Origin: Oryzomonas japonica
GTDB taxonomy: Bacteria; Desulfobacterota; Desulfuromonadia; Geobacterales; Pseudopelobacteraceae
Assembly: GCF_008802365.1 (NCBI RefSeq)
Contig: NZ_VZQZ01000011.1
Location: 129,501-193,500 of the forward strand
DNA length: 64,000 nt
Direction of reading: 5' to 3'
The position numbers and the translations under genes are program-made. The notes beneath the pieces are model-generated. The model searched no databases. It was not told the DNA's origin and saw only the letters and a list, made by a program, of their open reading frames with translations. This document shows positions 9,867 through 19,504 of the stretch, one piece after another. Each line of letters opens with the position of its first letter. Position 1 is the stretch's first letter.

Positions 9867-10592
9867 ATGCTCACACGAAGACAGTTTATTGCGGCTGGCG
9901 CCGGATTATTGTTGGTGCCGCACAGCTCGCTGGCAAAGGCGCTCATGAAGCACACCGCTTCCACAGGAATCAGCGACCTCGTCGAGAACGGCGACATCCC
10001 AAAGGACATCGCCGTTGGTCCGAACATAACCGCCGAGCAGTTCATTGCCGCCCAACGCGACGAAAAGGCCCTCGAAAGCCTGGTGGGCGGCCTTGTTGAG
10101 CGCAAGATAAAGGGTCAGCCTTTGTTCAACGAGGGGAAGATCATTCTCTATAACACACACTTCAAGGAACGGTACCTCTTCAAGTTCAGAAACGGCTACG
10201 GGGAGTATGATCCCAAGATCCTCGGCTCGCTCAACTATTTCATGCGCTGCAATTATGACAACAAATACACTGATATGGACATTGCAACCATAGAGATGAT
10301 CAACTACGTTGCACAACTCCTCGGGGTCAAGGAGATCTACATCAACTCAGCCTACCGGACGCCGGAATACAACGCCATACTCGCCAGGAAAAGCGAGAAC
10401 GTGGCGCGCAACTCGTTCCACATGCAGGGCAAGGCGGTGGACTACTCCATACCTGGCGTGCCGATCAGCAAAGTGTGCCAGTATGCCCAGCTGGCGCGCA
10501 ACTATTTCGGCTACGGCGGCGTCGGCTATTATCCGCGGCAGAACTTCGTGCATAACGACAGCGGACCGCTTCGCAACTGGGCGAAGAAGTAG
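9867..10592 (+). CDS. Tat-secreted YcbK/DUF882 family peptidase M15A-like protein
   Basis: Tat motif MLTRRQFIAAGAGLLLVPHSSLA. YRTPEYNAILARKSENVARNSFHMQGKAVDYSIPGVPI...GVGYYPRQNFVHNDSGPLRNW matches the YcbK family. Confidence 0.8.
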   Translation: MLTRRQFIAAGAGLLLVPHSSLAKALMKHTASTGISDLVENGDIPKDIAVGPNITAEQFIAAQRDEKALESLVGGLVERKIKGQPLFNEGKIILYNTHFKERYLFKFRNGYGEYDPKILGSLNYFMRCNYDNKYTDMDIATIEMINYVAQLLGVKEIYINSAYRTPEYNAILARKSENVARNSFHMQGKAVDYSIPGVPISKVCQYAQLARNYFGYGGVGYYPRQNFVHNDSGPLRNWAKK

Positions 10593-10785
10593 CCGTCACA
10601 CTCCAGAGCAGATCATTTGCAAATAACTATCTAATATTTACTGATGTTCCCCACTACTCCTTTTCATCTCTCGTGGCACGTCACTATAGGGTAAAGGTAT
10701 TTGTACGGTTACTGATGCCGGTATCATTGTTTCAGGCCCATAGCCCACAAGTTGCACACGTCAAAACCGGCGGGAGGTTTAACCC

Positions 10786-11250
10786 ATGATTTTTCAGAGT
10801 GGCACAAAGGAGACCGTCTTGGCCAACCACACCGAGTTCCCGGTGGGAGAACTGCTTCTCCGTACCTATGCAAAGCCGAGCGATACGAACGCGAATGGAG
10901 ATATCTTCGGGGGATGGATCATGTCGCAGATGGACATCGCCGGCGGCATGTTGGCAATAGAGATCACCGGCGGCCGGGCCGTGACTATTGCGGTGGACGC
11001 GATGAAATTCATCAAACCGGTAAAAACCGGCGATATTGTCTGTTGCTTCGGCAAAGTTACAAGGATCGGGAACACCTCCATCACCATCAGGCTGGAGGTT
11101 TGGGTTAAGCCGAGCCTGAGGGAAGCACCGACCGACAAGGAAAACGCATTGTACTTGGTCACGGAAGCTTCATACACCTATGTGGCCGTTGACCAGGAAG
11201 GGCGCAAACGGCAGTTCCAGAAACCGGCTGCTCGCCAACACGAGCAATAG
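10786..11250 (+). CDS. acyl-CoA thioester hydrolase (YciA/hotdog family)
   Basis: ANGDIFGGWIMSQMDIAGG...AVTIAVDAMKFIKPVKTGDIV is a hotdog-fold thioesterase signature. Confidence 0.75.
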   Translation: MIFQSGTKETVLANHTEFPVGELLLRTYAKPSDTNANGDIFGGWIMSQMDIAGGMLAIEITGGRAVTIAVDAMKFIKPVKTGDIVCCFGKVTRIGNTSITIRLEVWVKPSLREAPTDKENALYLVTEASYTYVAVDQEGRKRQFQKPAARQHEQ

Positions 11251-11459
11251 AGCCCCCCCTCACGGCACCACCTTCGGCATGCCGTAAAGGCCGAAGTACC
11301 ATCGGGCGGCTGCTTTTTCCGTGGGGATTGCGATATCGAGCGACGCAATATCGTAATTACCTTTTGAAATCATAATTTAAATCCAATAAACCAATTTGAC
11401 CTTGACCGGTTAACACTTTAGGATGCTCCTCCGCTAACTAATGCCGAGGGAGCTTTTTC

Positions 11460-11876
11460 ATGAAATATGTATCCGCACTGTTCGTACTCCTGATTCCTTC
11501 CCTCCTGTTTGCCGACCAGATTCCAACCGTGTGCCACAACGAACTGTCGTCATGGATCAAGGCCAATAAGAAGCTTTCCATAGTGGATATCCAAAATGCC
11601 GAAGGGTTTCGCGCCCACAATTACGACCACTCGCTCGCCGCGGGTAACGACCCGGCATTTTTGAAAAAAATCGCCGCCAGATTGCGTTCGACCAAAGGCA
11701 GGGTGATTGTGGTCAGCGCAACAGGCGGCAGCGACGCCGTGCATGCCGCGGAGTCGCTCGAACGCGGGGGCGTTCAACATTCCCGGCTCCTGGTGCTGGA
11801 GGGGGGGATGGAGGCAGCGGCCAAGAATGCGGCCTGCGAATGCTGCAAGCCGGCCCAATCAGGTAAAACAGAATGA
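11460..11876 (+). CDS. secreted rhodanese-domain protein
   Basis: Signal peptide then a rhodanese-like fold (IVDIQNAEGFRAHNYDHSLA, VIVVSATGGS). Stop overlaps the next start (ATGA). Confidence 0.65.
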   Translation: MKYVSALFVLLIPSLLFADQIPTVCHNELSSWIKANKKLSIVDIQNAEGFRAHNYDHSLAAGNDPAFLKKIAARLRSTKGRVIVVSATGGSDAVHAAESLERGGVQHSRLLVLEGGMEAAAKNAACECCKPAQSGKTE

Positions 11877-14302
11877 GTTCGATCCAGAGTGAAACCGGGA
11901 CGTTGCGGCCGCAACTGGCGGCGCTGCTTGCGGACGAAATCAGCGGCTGCACCGGGTGCGGCGTCTGCGTCGGGGAGTGCGGATTCCTGAAACTCTACGG
12001 CTCCCCCCGGGATATTGCCCGTTCCTACGATCCGGATGACCCGAAAAAAAATGTCGTCTGTTTCGAGTGCAGCCTCTGCGGACTCTGCTCGGCCGTCTGC
12101 CCCTCCGGCGTCAAGCCCCAGGCCCTCTTTCTGGAGATGCGGCGCGAGGCGATCGACCGGGGCTTTGGCTCGTTCCGCGAGCACAAGGGGCTTCTCGGGT
12201 ATGAGAGGACCGGCACATCCCGCCGTTTCAGTTGGTACGGCTTGCCGGAAGGATGCACCACGATCTTTTTCCCGGGCTGTGCCTTGCCAGGCACGCGCCC
12301 CAGCGTAACCGTCGCGGTCTATGAGCGGCTGAAAGAGGCGTTTCCCGACCTCGGCCTGGTGTTGGACTGCTGCACCAAACCGTCCCACGACCTGGGGAGG
12401 GAACAGTATTTCTCCCAGATGTTCGGCGAGATGGTGGCCTGGCTGGAATCCCACGGGATACAACGGGTCCTGGTGGCCTGCCCCAACTGCTACAAGGTCT
12501 TTACCGAATACGCCCCCCAGTTTCAGACGGAAACGGTCTACGAAAGGCTTGCCGGGATCATGCCGGAGACAACGGCGGAGGCGACATCTTCTCCGGTGGC
12601 CATCCACGACCCCTGCGTGATCAGGTTCGCCTCCGCGCCGCAGGAAGCGGCCCGTGGACTGGTTTCCCGATCCGGCCGCGTGATCGCAGAGATGTCGCAC
12701 ACACGCACAAGAACACTCTGCTGCGGTGAGGGTGGGACCGTGGGGGCCCTGGCCCCCGACCTGGCCGATGCCTGGGGAGAACTCCGGGTGGGTGAAGCCG
12801 CGGGCCGTCAAGTTGTCACCTACTGTGCCGGCTGCGCCAACCACCTCGGGAAACGGCTGAAGGTCAGCCATGTCCTCGACCTTCTTTTCAACGCGTCGAA
12901 ACCGTCATCGGGGCCGATCACCTATGTCAATCGCCTGCGGCTCAAATCCCGGTTCAAGAGAATCGTGCCCGCCGTCATAAGCCGGGAGAGGACCGTCCCC
13001 GGCGGCGGGTCCGGGATGCTCCGGCCGCTCCTCTTTCTGGGCGTCATGATCGCCGCCATAGTTCTGGTGCGGGCGAGCGGGGCCGGCCAGTACCTGGAAC
13101 CGGAACGGCTGCGTGCCCTGTTTAGCGGCTTCGGCATCGTGGCGCCGCTGGTGTACATCGCCATCTATACGGTCGCTCCCGCCCTGATGCTGCCCGGCCT
13201 CCCCCTCAGCATGGCCGGAGCAACAGTTTTCGGGCCGGTCTGGGGGGTGGTCTACACGATCATCGGGGCCACCCTGGGGGCCTGTGCGGCTTTCCTGATC
13301 GCCCGCTATGCCGCCCGGAACTGGGTAGAACGGCAACTGGTCGGTTCGCGGTGGAACAAACTTGACAGCGAAACCGCCCAGAACGGCTGGAAAGCGGTGG
13401 CCTTTACCCGGTTGATCCCCCTGTTCCCCTTCAACCTGCTCAATTTTGCCTTCGGCCTGACGAAGATATCGTTTCCCCAGTATGCCGTGGCAACCTTTAT
13501 CTTCATGCTGCCCGGCACCATCGCCTTTATCACGTTTTCAAGCTCGTTGCTGGGATTGCTCAAGGGGAAGGTCTCCTGGGAGTTTTTCGTCGGCATAGCC
13601 CTCATCGTCGCGGTGTCGCTGATCCCCAGGCTGGTAAAATGGTACCGGAACCGTGAGCGCAGGGAGCCACGGCCGGAAGTCCCATGGAGTTTGCGGAGAA
13701 GCTTGCAGCTCAAGGCCATTGCGGCCGCGGCGCTCGCCGTGACCGCCGCGGCTTGCTATGGCGTGGTTCTGAAGTATTTCTGGGCCCTCAATGCCTATCT
13801 CTATACCCTTGAATTCAACCTGCTCTTTGTGGCTCACCGCCTCCGGGATGGTGATCTGGCCGGTTTCGTCGAATATCTGAAACCCATGTCAAGCGCCCGT
13901 GCCGCCGGGATCGCCCTGGTCTGTCAGGCGATGCACACGTTTGCCTTTCCCTTTTCTCCCCTGAGGACAACGGCTGCCTTTGCCGCGGCTTTCGGTACGC
14001 CGACAGGCCTGGCATACGTCGGCTGCGCCGGTCTGGTCGTCACCGGTCTGAGCGCTCTGCTCGGCCGCTTCTGTCTGGGTGATCTTGCGCCGCTCCACTA
14101 CCGGCACAGGGGGCTGGCGCCACGTACGCCCCCCCCCGCGTGGGCCGTCTGGTGCGCCGGGGCAATGGCGGCGATACCGGGTTTTCCCCTGTTATTGTGC
14201 GGCCTGTGGATCGGGGGATTCCGTATCCAGCCGGGCCGCTCCGTTGCCGCGATCACGGCAGGGCTTGTTGTCCGCATGCTTCTTTCGCTTGCAGCATACT
14301 AA
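11873..14302 (+). CDS. fusion protein with N-terminal HdrD/GlpC-like (Fe-S)-binding oxidoreductase (2x[4Fe-4S] plus two CCG domains), central DedA/TVP38/TMEM64 membrane domain and C-terminal extra TM region
   Basis: Ferredoxin motifs CTGCGVCVGEC and CFECSLCGLCSAVCP. CCG-type Cys clusters (PGCALPG...DCCTKP; DPCVIRF...LCCGEGG...YCAGC). Then RLIPLFPFNLLNFAFGLTKISFPQYAVATFIFMLPGTIAFI, typical of the DedA/TVP38 family. Single uninterrupted 809-codon ORF. Confidence 0.7.
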   Translation: MSSIQSETGTLRPQLAALLADEISGCTGCGVCVGECGFLKLYGSPRDIARSYDPDDPKKNVVCFECSLCGLCSAVCPSGVKPQALFLEMRREAIDRGFGSFREHKGLLGYERTGTSRRFSWYGLPEGCTTIFFPGCALPGTRPSVTVAVYERLKEAFPDLGLVLDCCTKPSHDLGREQYFSQMFGEMVAWLESHGIQRVLVACPNCYKVFTEYAPQFQTETVYERLAGIMPETTAEATSSPVAIHDPCVIRFASAPQEAARGLVSRSGRVIAEMSHTRTRTLCCGEGGTVGALAPDLADAWGELRVGEAAGRQVVTYCAGCANHLGKRLKVSHVLDLLFNASKPSSGPITYVNRLRLKSRFKRIVPAVISRERTVPGGGSGMLRPLLFLGVMIAAIVLVRASGAGQYLEPERLRALFSGFGIVAPLVYIAIYTVAPALMLPGLPLSMAGATVFGPVWGVVYTIIGATLGACAAFLIARYAARNWVERQLVGSRWNKLDSETAQNGWKAVAFTRLIPLFPFNLLNFAFGLTKISFPQYAVATFIFMLPGTIAFITFSSSLLGLLKGKVSWEFFVGIALIVAVSLIPRLVKWYRNRERREPRPEVPWSLRRSLQLKAIAAAALAVTAAACYGVVLKYFWALNAYLYTLEFNLLFVAHRLRDGDLAGFVEYLKPMSSARAAGIALVCQAMHTFAFPFSPLRTTAAFAAAFGTPTGLAYVGCAGLVVTGLSALLGRFCLGDLAPLHYRHRGLAPRTPPPAWAVWCAGAMAAIPGFPLLLCGLWIGGFRIQPGRSVAAITAGLVVRMLLSLAAY

Positions 14303-14321
14303 CTACCGCAGGAGGTTTCAT

Positions 14322-15062
14322 ATGAACCGATTCGCACTTCGCACCATGCTGGCAGCCTTACTTTGCTGTGCCCTTGCCCTGCCTGCCGGAGCGGCCAAGC
14401 ACAAATCGGGCGGGGTAACGACCGTCAAATCCGGTACCGACACCATGACGGTCGATCTAAAGGCCCGGGAGGTCCGCGTTACCTCCACGGTGCTCAAAGA
14501 CTGCTCCCAACCATCGGTATGCGACTGGGGACGTCGCTTCCAGGCCTTTTTCGGCAGCAAGAGCGGCAAGATGGCTTCTTTCTTCATCTTCTCCACGGAG
14601 GTAAACCGGACCGATATCGACAAGGCCATCAAGTCTGTCGGCATCAAGTCCCGACGCCAGATCCCCATGACCGAGGTCAAGCAGCGCACCGGCCTGAAAT
14701 CCACCACCAGGAAGGAGGACTATCTCGACGGCGATCCGGTGCTGGTGTCCGTACGCTGGAAAAAGAACGGTAAAATGGTCGAGGTGGCAATTGAAGATCT
14801 GATCGAAGAAAAGATTGCGGTTGACGGCAAGGACGTCGTCAAACCCTATACCCCGCATTTCGTCTACCACGGCACGGCCGAGGCGATCAACTTTGCATCG
14901 GGCTGTATCGTCTGCCCATCCGGGTGCAACGGGGGGATCATCGCCGACAATTCACTTCCCCTGAAGGAGACAAAGAATTATTACCGTTTTGACTGGAGCA
15001 AGATGCCGGCGCCCGGAACAAAGGCCGAAATCGTAATCAAGTCGATTTACGGTACTAAGTAA
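14322..15062 (+). CDS. secreted hypothetical protein (Cys-containing C-terminus)
   Basis: RBS AGGAGG 6 nt upstream. Signal peptide MNRFALRTMLAALLCCALALPAGAA. 246 aa. Confidence 0.6.
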   Translation: MNRFALRTMLAALLCCALALPAGAAKHKSGGVTTVKSGTDTMTVDLKAREVRVTSTVLKDCSQPSVCDWGRRFQAFFGSKSGKMASFFIFSTEVNRTDIDKAIKSVGIKSRRQIPMTEVKQRTGLKSTTRKEDYLDGDPVLVSVRWKKNGKMVEVAIEDLIEEKIAVDGKDVVKPYTPHFVYHGTAEAINFASGCIVCPSGCNGGIIADNSLPLKETKNYYRFDWSKMPAPGTKAEIVIKSIYGTK

Positions 15063-15339
15063 TACAAGAAACGAGAGAAGTTCACCGACCGATTCAGCAC
15101 ACACGCGACAAAAACGGAAAGAGGAACCGCACGACAGCGGTTCCTCTTTCCGTTTACTCCATCATCCCAATCGAATTTTTCTCTTTTTTGTACACCAATT
15201 ACAAAATCGCTTCACATCAATTCAACCTGAGGTATACTTTATGCCTGTGCTAAACATTATCCTCCTATCTCCATAGGTAGTGGGGCGCAGTCCATCACGT
15301 GGGCTCATTGTTCAAAGATTCCACAATCCGGGAGTGTAC

Positions 15340-17376
15340 ATGAAAAGGCGTTTCCTGATCGCACCCTGTCCGGCGAAATCCTGTTCATCGTTCCCGAGCA
15401 TCTTGTTCGGCATCATTCCCCTGGCGGCCTTTTTCCTCCTTCTCCTCCGCCCTGCCCTGCTTTTGGCCGGCACTACCGTGCTGACGCCGGTCACCCTGCA
15501 ATTGAAGTGGAAACACCAGTTTCAATTCGCCGGATATTATGCCGCCGTGGAAAAGGGCTACTACCGCGATGCCGGGCTGATGGTAACGCTCCGTGAGGCG
15601 GCCCAGGGGAGCGATCCCGTGGACGCGGTTCTGAACGGTGAGGCCCAGTTCGGGGTGGGAGGCAGCTCTCTGGTCCTGATGCGGGCTGAGGGAAAACCGG
15701 TCGTCGCCCTTGCCGCCATCCTGCAGCATTCGCCCCTGGGCATCCTCTCCCTCAACGCAAATAACATCAAAAATGTCCATGATCTGGCGGGCAAACGGGT
15801 CATGCTTGAACCGATGCCGGCCGAGGTCATGGCGCTCTTCAGGGCGGAGGCGGTACCCGACGACGCGATCAGGGTCGTTCCCCACGAATTTTCCCTCGAA
15901 AAGCTCCTGAACGGCGAGGTTGACGCCGCCTCTGTCTACAGCACGACCGAACCCTATCAGCTCGAAAAACGAAGAATCGCCTATTCCATTATCTATCCCG
16001 AGCGGAGCGGAATCGATTTCTACGGCGACACGCTCTTCACGCGCCAGGAGGTGGTACAAAAGCAACCCGAGGTGGTGCGGCAATTTCGCGATGCAAGTCT
16101 GCGCGGCTGGAAATACGCCCTTGAACATCAGGATGAAATGATCGACCTCATCCTGAAACGTTACAACACCGGCCGCCTCACCAGGGGGCAGCTTGCCTAC
16201 GAAGCGGGAGAGCTGCAAAAGCTGATCAGACCGGACCTGGTGGAAGTCGGCTACATGAACCCCGGCCGGTGGCAGCACATCGCCGACACCTATTCCCAGC
16301 TGGGGATAATCCCGGCATCGAAACCGTTCCCCCTGGAAAGCTTCCTCCATGCCGGCGAACAGCCACGGCTCCCGGATTGGCTTTACGGGGCCTTGGGCGG
16401 GGCCATGGTGATCATCATCGCCGTCTCTGTGGTAGCCATCCGCTTTCACTACCTTAACGCGGCGCTCAACGATCAGATGCAGTTGCGCGACAAGGCCGAG
16501 GCAAAGCTGCGGAAGCTGTCGGCGGCCATCATTCAAAGCCCGGTTTCGATCGTTATCACCGACACGACCGGCGCAATCGAATACGTCAACCCCAAGTTCT
16601 GCGAGCTTACCGGCTATACGGCGGAGGAGGTCGCCGGCCAGAATCCCCGCATCCTGCGCGGCAGCATCCTGCCCCCCGAATTCTACGATGATCTCTGGCG
16701 GACCATTCTCGCCGGCGGACTCTGGCATGGGGAGTTTCTGAACAAGAAGAAGAATGAGGAGCTGTTCTGGGAACATGCCACCATCGCCCCCATCTGGGAC
16801 ACACAAGGCGAGCTCACCAACTTCATCGCCATCAAGGAGGATATCACCGAGCGCAAGATGTTGCAGGAAAAGCTCAATCACATGGCCCATCACGACGAAC
16901 TGACCGGCCTGCCCAACCGGGCGCTCTTCTTTGACAGGATCGGGCAGGCGCTGGCCCATGCCAAAAGGAATCAGACGGGATTCGCCCTGCTGTTCGTGGA
17001 CCTGGATGGTTTCAAGACGATCAATGATACCTACGGGCATGACAGCGGCGATGCGCTGTTGCGGGAGACGGCCCGGCGCCTTTCGGGGTGCGTCAGGGAC
17101 TCGGATACGGTCGCGCGCATGGGGGGAGACGAATTTGCGGTCATGCTGCTGGATGTTGCCGCTCTCGGGCATATCACCCAGGTGGCGGAGAAGATGCTGA
17201 CGCTTCTTTCGATGCCGTTCATGTTCAAAGGGCTCGAGTGCCATGTGGGGGCGAGCATCGGCATCAGCATCTTCCCCCAGGATGGCGACGCCGTGGACAC
17301 CCTCATGAACACGGCCGACATGGCCATGTACCGCGTCAAGCAAGGCACCAAAAACAACTATGCCTTTGCCTCATAA
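15340..17376 (+). CDS. sensor diguanylate cyclase with periplasmic NMT1/SsuA-like substrate-binding domain, TM, PAS and GGDEF
   Basis: N-terminal signal/TM. NMT1-like fold (VTLQLKWKHQFQFAGYYAAVEKGYY...). TM helix (YGALGGAMVIIIAVSVVAI). PAS (SPVSIVITDTTGAIEYVNPKFCELTGY). GGDEF motif (RMGGDEFAV). Confidence 0.85.
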   Translation: MKRRFLIAPCPAKSCSSFPSILFGIIPLAAFFLLLLRPALLLAGTTVLTPVTLQLKWKHQFQFAGYYAAVEKGYYRDAGLMVTLREAAQGSDPVDAVLNGEAQFGVGGSSLVLMRAEGKPVVALAAILQHSPLGILSLNANNIKNVHDLAGKRVMLEPMPAEVMALFRAEAVPDDAIRVVPHEFSLEKLLNGEVDAASVYSTTEPYQLEKRRIAYSIIYPERSGIDFYGDTLFTRQEVVQKQPEVVRQFRDASLRGWKYALEHQDEMIDLILKRYNTGRLTRGQLAYEAGELQKLIRPDLVEVGYMNPGRWQHIADTYSQLGIIPASKPFPLESFLHAGEQPRLPDWLYGALGGAMVIIIAVSVVAIRFHYLNAALNDQMQLRDKAEAKLRKLSAAIIQSPVSIVITDTTGAIEYVNPKFCELTGYTAEEVAGQNPRILRGSILPPEFYDDLWRTILAGGLWHGEFLNKKKNEELFWEHATIAPIWDTQGELTNFIAIKEDITERKMLQEKLNHMAHHDELTGLPNRALFFDRIGQALAHAKRNQTGFALLFVDLDGFKTINDTYGHDSGDALLRETARRLSGCVRDSDTVARMGGDEFAVMLLDVAALGHITQVAEKMLTLLSMPFMFKGLECHVGASIGISIFPQDGDAVDTLMNTADMAMYRVKQGTKNNYAFAS

Positions 17377-17404
17377 GGCGACGTGGTAGTAGGCCTCCAG
17401 CAGG

Positions 17405-17600
17405 CTGTTGAAAAAACCTGGTTGTTCAAAAATAGTCAGATCGTCGCACCCGCAGGAAGCCCCGCGGAGGCGTAGCAGCGCTACGCCGCACAATTTCACT
17501 CGAGAAATTGGACCGCGAAGGCGCCCGAAGGGTGAGGCCGCAGGCCGAAGTCACAAGGAGGCTTTCGAGGACGCGGCGAGATGGCTGTTTTTCAACAACC
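17405..17600 (+). repeat. MITE-like intergenic repeat, copy 1 (196 bp; carries an extra internal insertion of about 60 bp)
   Basis: Shares CTGTTGAAAA..CAGGTTGTTCAAAAATAGTCAGATCGTCGCACCCGCAG, the hairpin GGCGTAGC-AGC-GCTACGCC, and the 3-prime end GAGATGGCTGTTTTTCAACAACC with copies at 19359, 22248 and 52389. Termini are inverted repeats (GGTTGTTCAAAAA / TTTTTCAACAACC). Confidence 0.8.
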
Positions 17601-17602
17601 TG

Positions 17603-18517
17603 TCAGGCCTCCAGAGCCCCGATCAGGCTCTTCACATCTTCAACGCCGTTTTCCGCCAGCCACTTTTCCATGCCTTCAGCGATTTCCTGCGCAGCACCCG
17701 GATTGATGAAACTGGCGGTCCCGACCTGCACCGCCGTCGCCCCGGCCAGGATGAATTCCAGGGCGTCGCGGGCGTTCATGATGCCGCCGATGCCGATGAT
17801 CGGCAGGGAAACGGCTCGAGCCACCTGCCAGACCATGCGCAACGCCACCGGCTTGACCGCCGGGCCAGAGAGGCCGCCGGTAATGTTGGCCAGCACCGGC
17901 CGGCGGCGCTCCAGGTCGATGGCCATGCCGGTCAGGGTGTTGATCAGCGACAGGGCGTCGGCCCCCGCATCGGCGCAGGCCTTGGCCATGGAGACGATAT
18001 CCGTGACATTGGGCGAGAGCTTGACAATCAGCGGCTTGATGGTGGCCTCGCGGCAGGCCGTGACCACCTGGAAGGCACACTGGGGATCGGTGCCGAAAAC
18101 GATGCCCCCCTGCTTGACATTGGGGCAGGAGATATTCACCTCCAACCCGGCGATCTCGGGGATGGCGTCCAGACGGCGGGCCAGTTCGGCGTACTCGTCG
18201 ATGGTGTTGCCGAAGAAATTGGCAATGGCCGGGGTGGCGACCGAGCGGAGGAAGGGGACCTTTTTCTCGATAAAAGCGTCGATGCCCACGTTCTGGAGGC
18301 CGATGGCGTTCAGCATGCCGCCCGGCGTCTCCACGATGCGCGGCGTGGGATTGCCGGCCCGGGGCCTGAGGGACAGCCCCTTGGTCACGAAGGCGCCGAT
18401 AGTTTCCAGGTCCACGTATTCCGCAAATTCCTCGCCATAGCCGAAGGTACCCGAGGCGGTCATCACCGGGTTGCGCAGTTCCAGCCCTGCAATGGATACA
18501 GACAGGTCAGGTTTCAT
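17603..18517 (-). CDS. pyrD: dihydroorotate dehydrogenase, class 1B catalytic subunit
   Basis: [31 protein letters not shown]... is the typical PyrD-1B N-terminus. Lies immediately downstream of pyrK. Confidence 0.85.
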   Translation of the reverse strand: MKPDLSVSIAGLELRNPVMTASGTFGYGEEFAEYVDLETIGAFVTKGLSLRPRAGNPTPRIVETPGGMLNAIGLQNVGIDAFIEKKVPFLRSVATPAIANFFGNTIDEYAELARRLDAIPEIAGLEVNISCPNVKQGGIVFGTDPQCAFQVVTACREATIKPLIVKLSPNVTDIVSMAKACADAGADALSLINTLTGMAIDLERRRPVLANITGGLSGPAVKPVALRMVWQVARAVSLPIIGIGGIMNARDALEFILAGATAVQVGTASFINPGAAQEIAEGMEKWLAENGVEDVKSLIGALEA

Positions 18518-18521
18518 GGTT

Positions 18522-19340
18522 TCAGGCCTCCCACTTCAGTTCGGCAGCGTCGAAGACCGGTCCATCCGCACAGACGCAGCGATAATCGGGTGTTTCGTTG
18601 GAATGATGGTGGCCGGGGGTGACACACCCCAGGCAGGCCCCCATGCCGCAGGCCATATACCCCTCAAGGGAGACCTGACAGGGTATGTTCCTCTGGGCGG
18701 CGATGCCGGCCACGGCGTTCAGCATGCCATGGGGGCCGCAGGCAAAGATGCGCGGCGTACCGTCGCAGACAGCCAGCCGTCTGACCAAGGCCTCGGTCAC
18801 CAGGCCACATTCCCCCAACGACCCATCCTCGGTGGCCACATAGCACTCCACCCCCAGGCGCTCGAATTCGGTAATGCAGAGGACGTCGTCCCGCGTCCTG
18901 CCGCCGACAAAGAGTCGCACCGGCGACTGTTTCACCAGTTCCTTGGCTAACAGGTAGAGCGGCGCCAGCCCAACGCCCCCCCCCACGATAATCTTTTCCT
19001 CCTTGGGAGAGCCGAGCTCGAAGCCCTTCCCCAAAGGCCCTAAGACATCCAGCAGATCGGTGTCATGCAGCGCCGAAAGCATGCCGGTCCCCTTCCCCAC
19101 CACCCGGTAGAGCATCTCCAGGTAGGGTTGGGATGCGGCGCCGGTCTGGGCCGGGGTATGGACACCCACGTCGAAGATGCCGAAAGGACGCCGCAGGAGC
19201 GGATCGATGGCATCATTCACCCGCACCATCACGAACTGCCCCGGTTGGGCCGCGGGGAACTCGGAGGGAGCGGTCATGCGCATGCGCCAGTAGCCGGGCG
19301 AGACCTCCACGTTGGATATGATCATGGATTTGAACTGCAT
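18522..19340 (-). CDS. pyrK: dihydroorotate dehydrogenase electron-transfer subunit
   Basis: FAD/NAD-binding ferredoxin-reductase-like fold with a C-terminal 2Fe-2S Cys cluster (CGMGACLGC). Adjacent to pyrD. Confidence 0.8.
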   Translation of the reverse strand: MQFKSMIISNVEVSPGYWRMRMTAPSEFPAAQPGQFVMVRVNDAIDPLLRRPFGIFDVGVHTPAQTGAASQPYLEMLYRVVGKGTGMLSALHDTDLLDVLGPLGKGFELGSPKEEKIIVGGGVGLAPLYLLAKELVKQSPVRLFVGGRTRDDVLCITEFERLGVECYVATEDGSLGECGLVTEALVRRLAVCDGTPRIFACGPHGMLNAVAGIAAQRNIPCQVSLEGYMACGMGACLGCVTPGHHHSNETPDYRCVCADGPVFDAAELKWEA

Positions 19341-19358
19341 CTAACTGTCTCCTTGGAA

Positions 19359-19494
19359 GGTTGTTGAAAAACAGCCATCTCGCCGCCATCCTCGAAAGCC
19401 CTTTCGTGCGGCGTAGCGCTGCTACGCCTCCTCAGGGCATTCTGCGGGTGCGACGATCTGACTATTTTTGAACAACCTGAGTTTTTCAATAGCC
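19359..19494 (-). repeat. MITE-like intergenic repeat, copy 2 (inverted orientation)
   Basis: Reverse complement aligns with copies 1, 3 and 4 across the whole length, including the GGCGTAGCGCTGCTACGCC hairpin. Confidence 0.8.
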
Positions 19495-19504
19495 TGTCAG
19501 GCTC

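Noticed and set aside
15385-17343. 652-aa minus-strand ORF antisense to the GGDEF gene, and similar long antisense ORFs (11774-12871 minus, 22362-23834 plus, 43278-44270 plus, 17508-18440 plus, 20916-21788 plus)
   Set aside because: High GC produces long stop-free shadow frames. Their translations are Arg/Gly/Pro-rich low-complexity strings, whereas the opposite strand encodes recognisable conserved domains.
17408-18622. ORFs starting inside the MITE copies (17408 plus, 22300 plus, 52227 plus) with shared MAVFQQP / ARWLFFNNL peptides
   Set aside because: The shared peptide segments are simply the repeat element translated. The rest is antisense to real genes.
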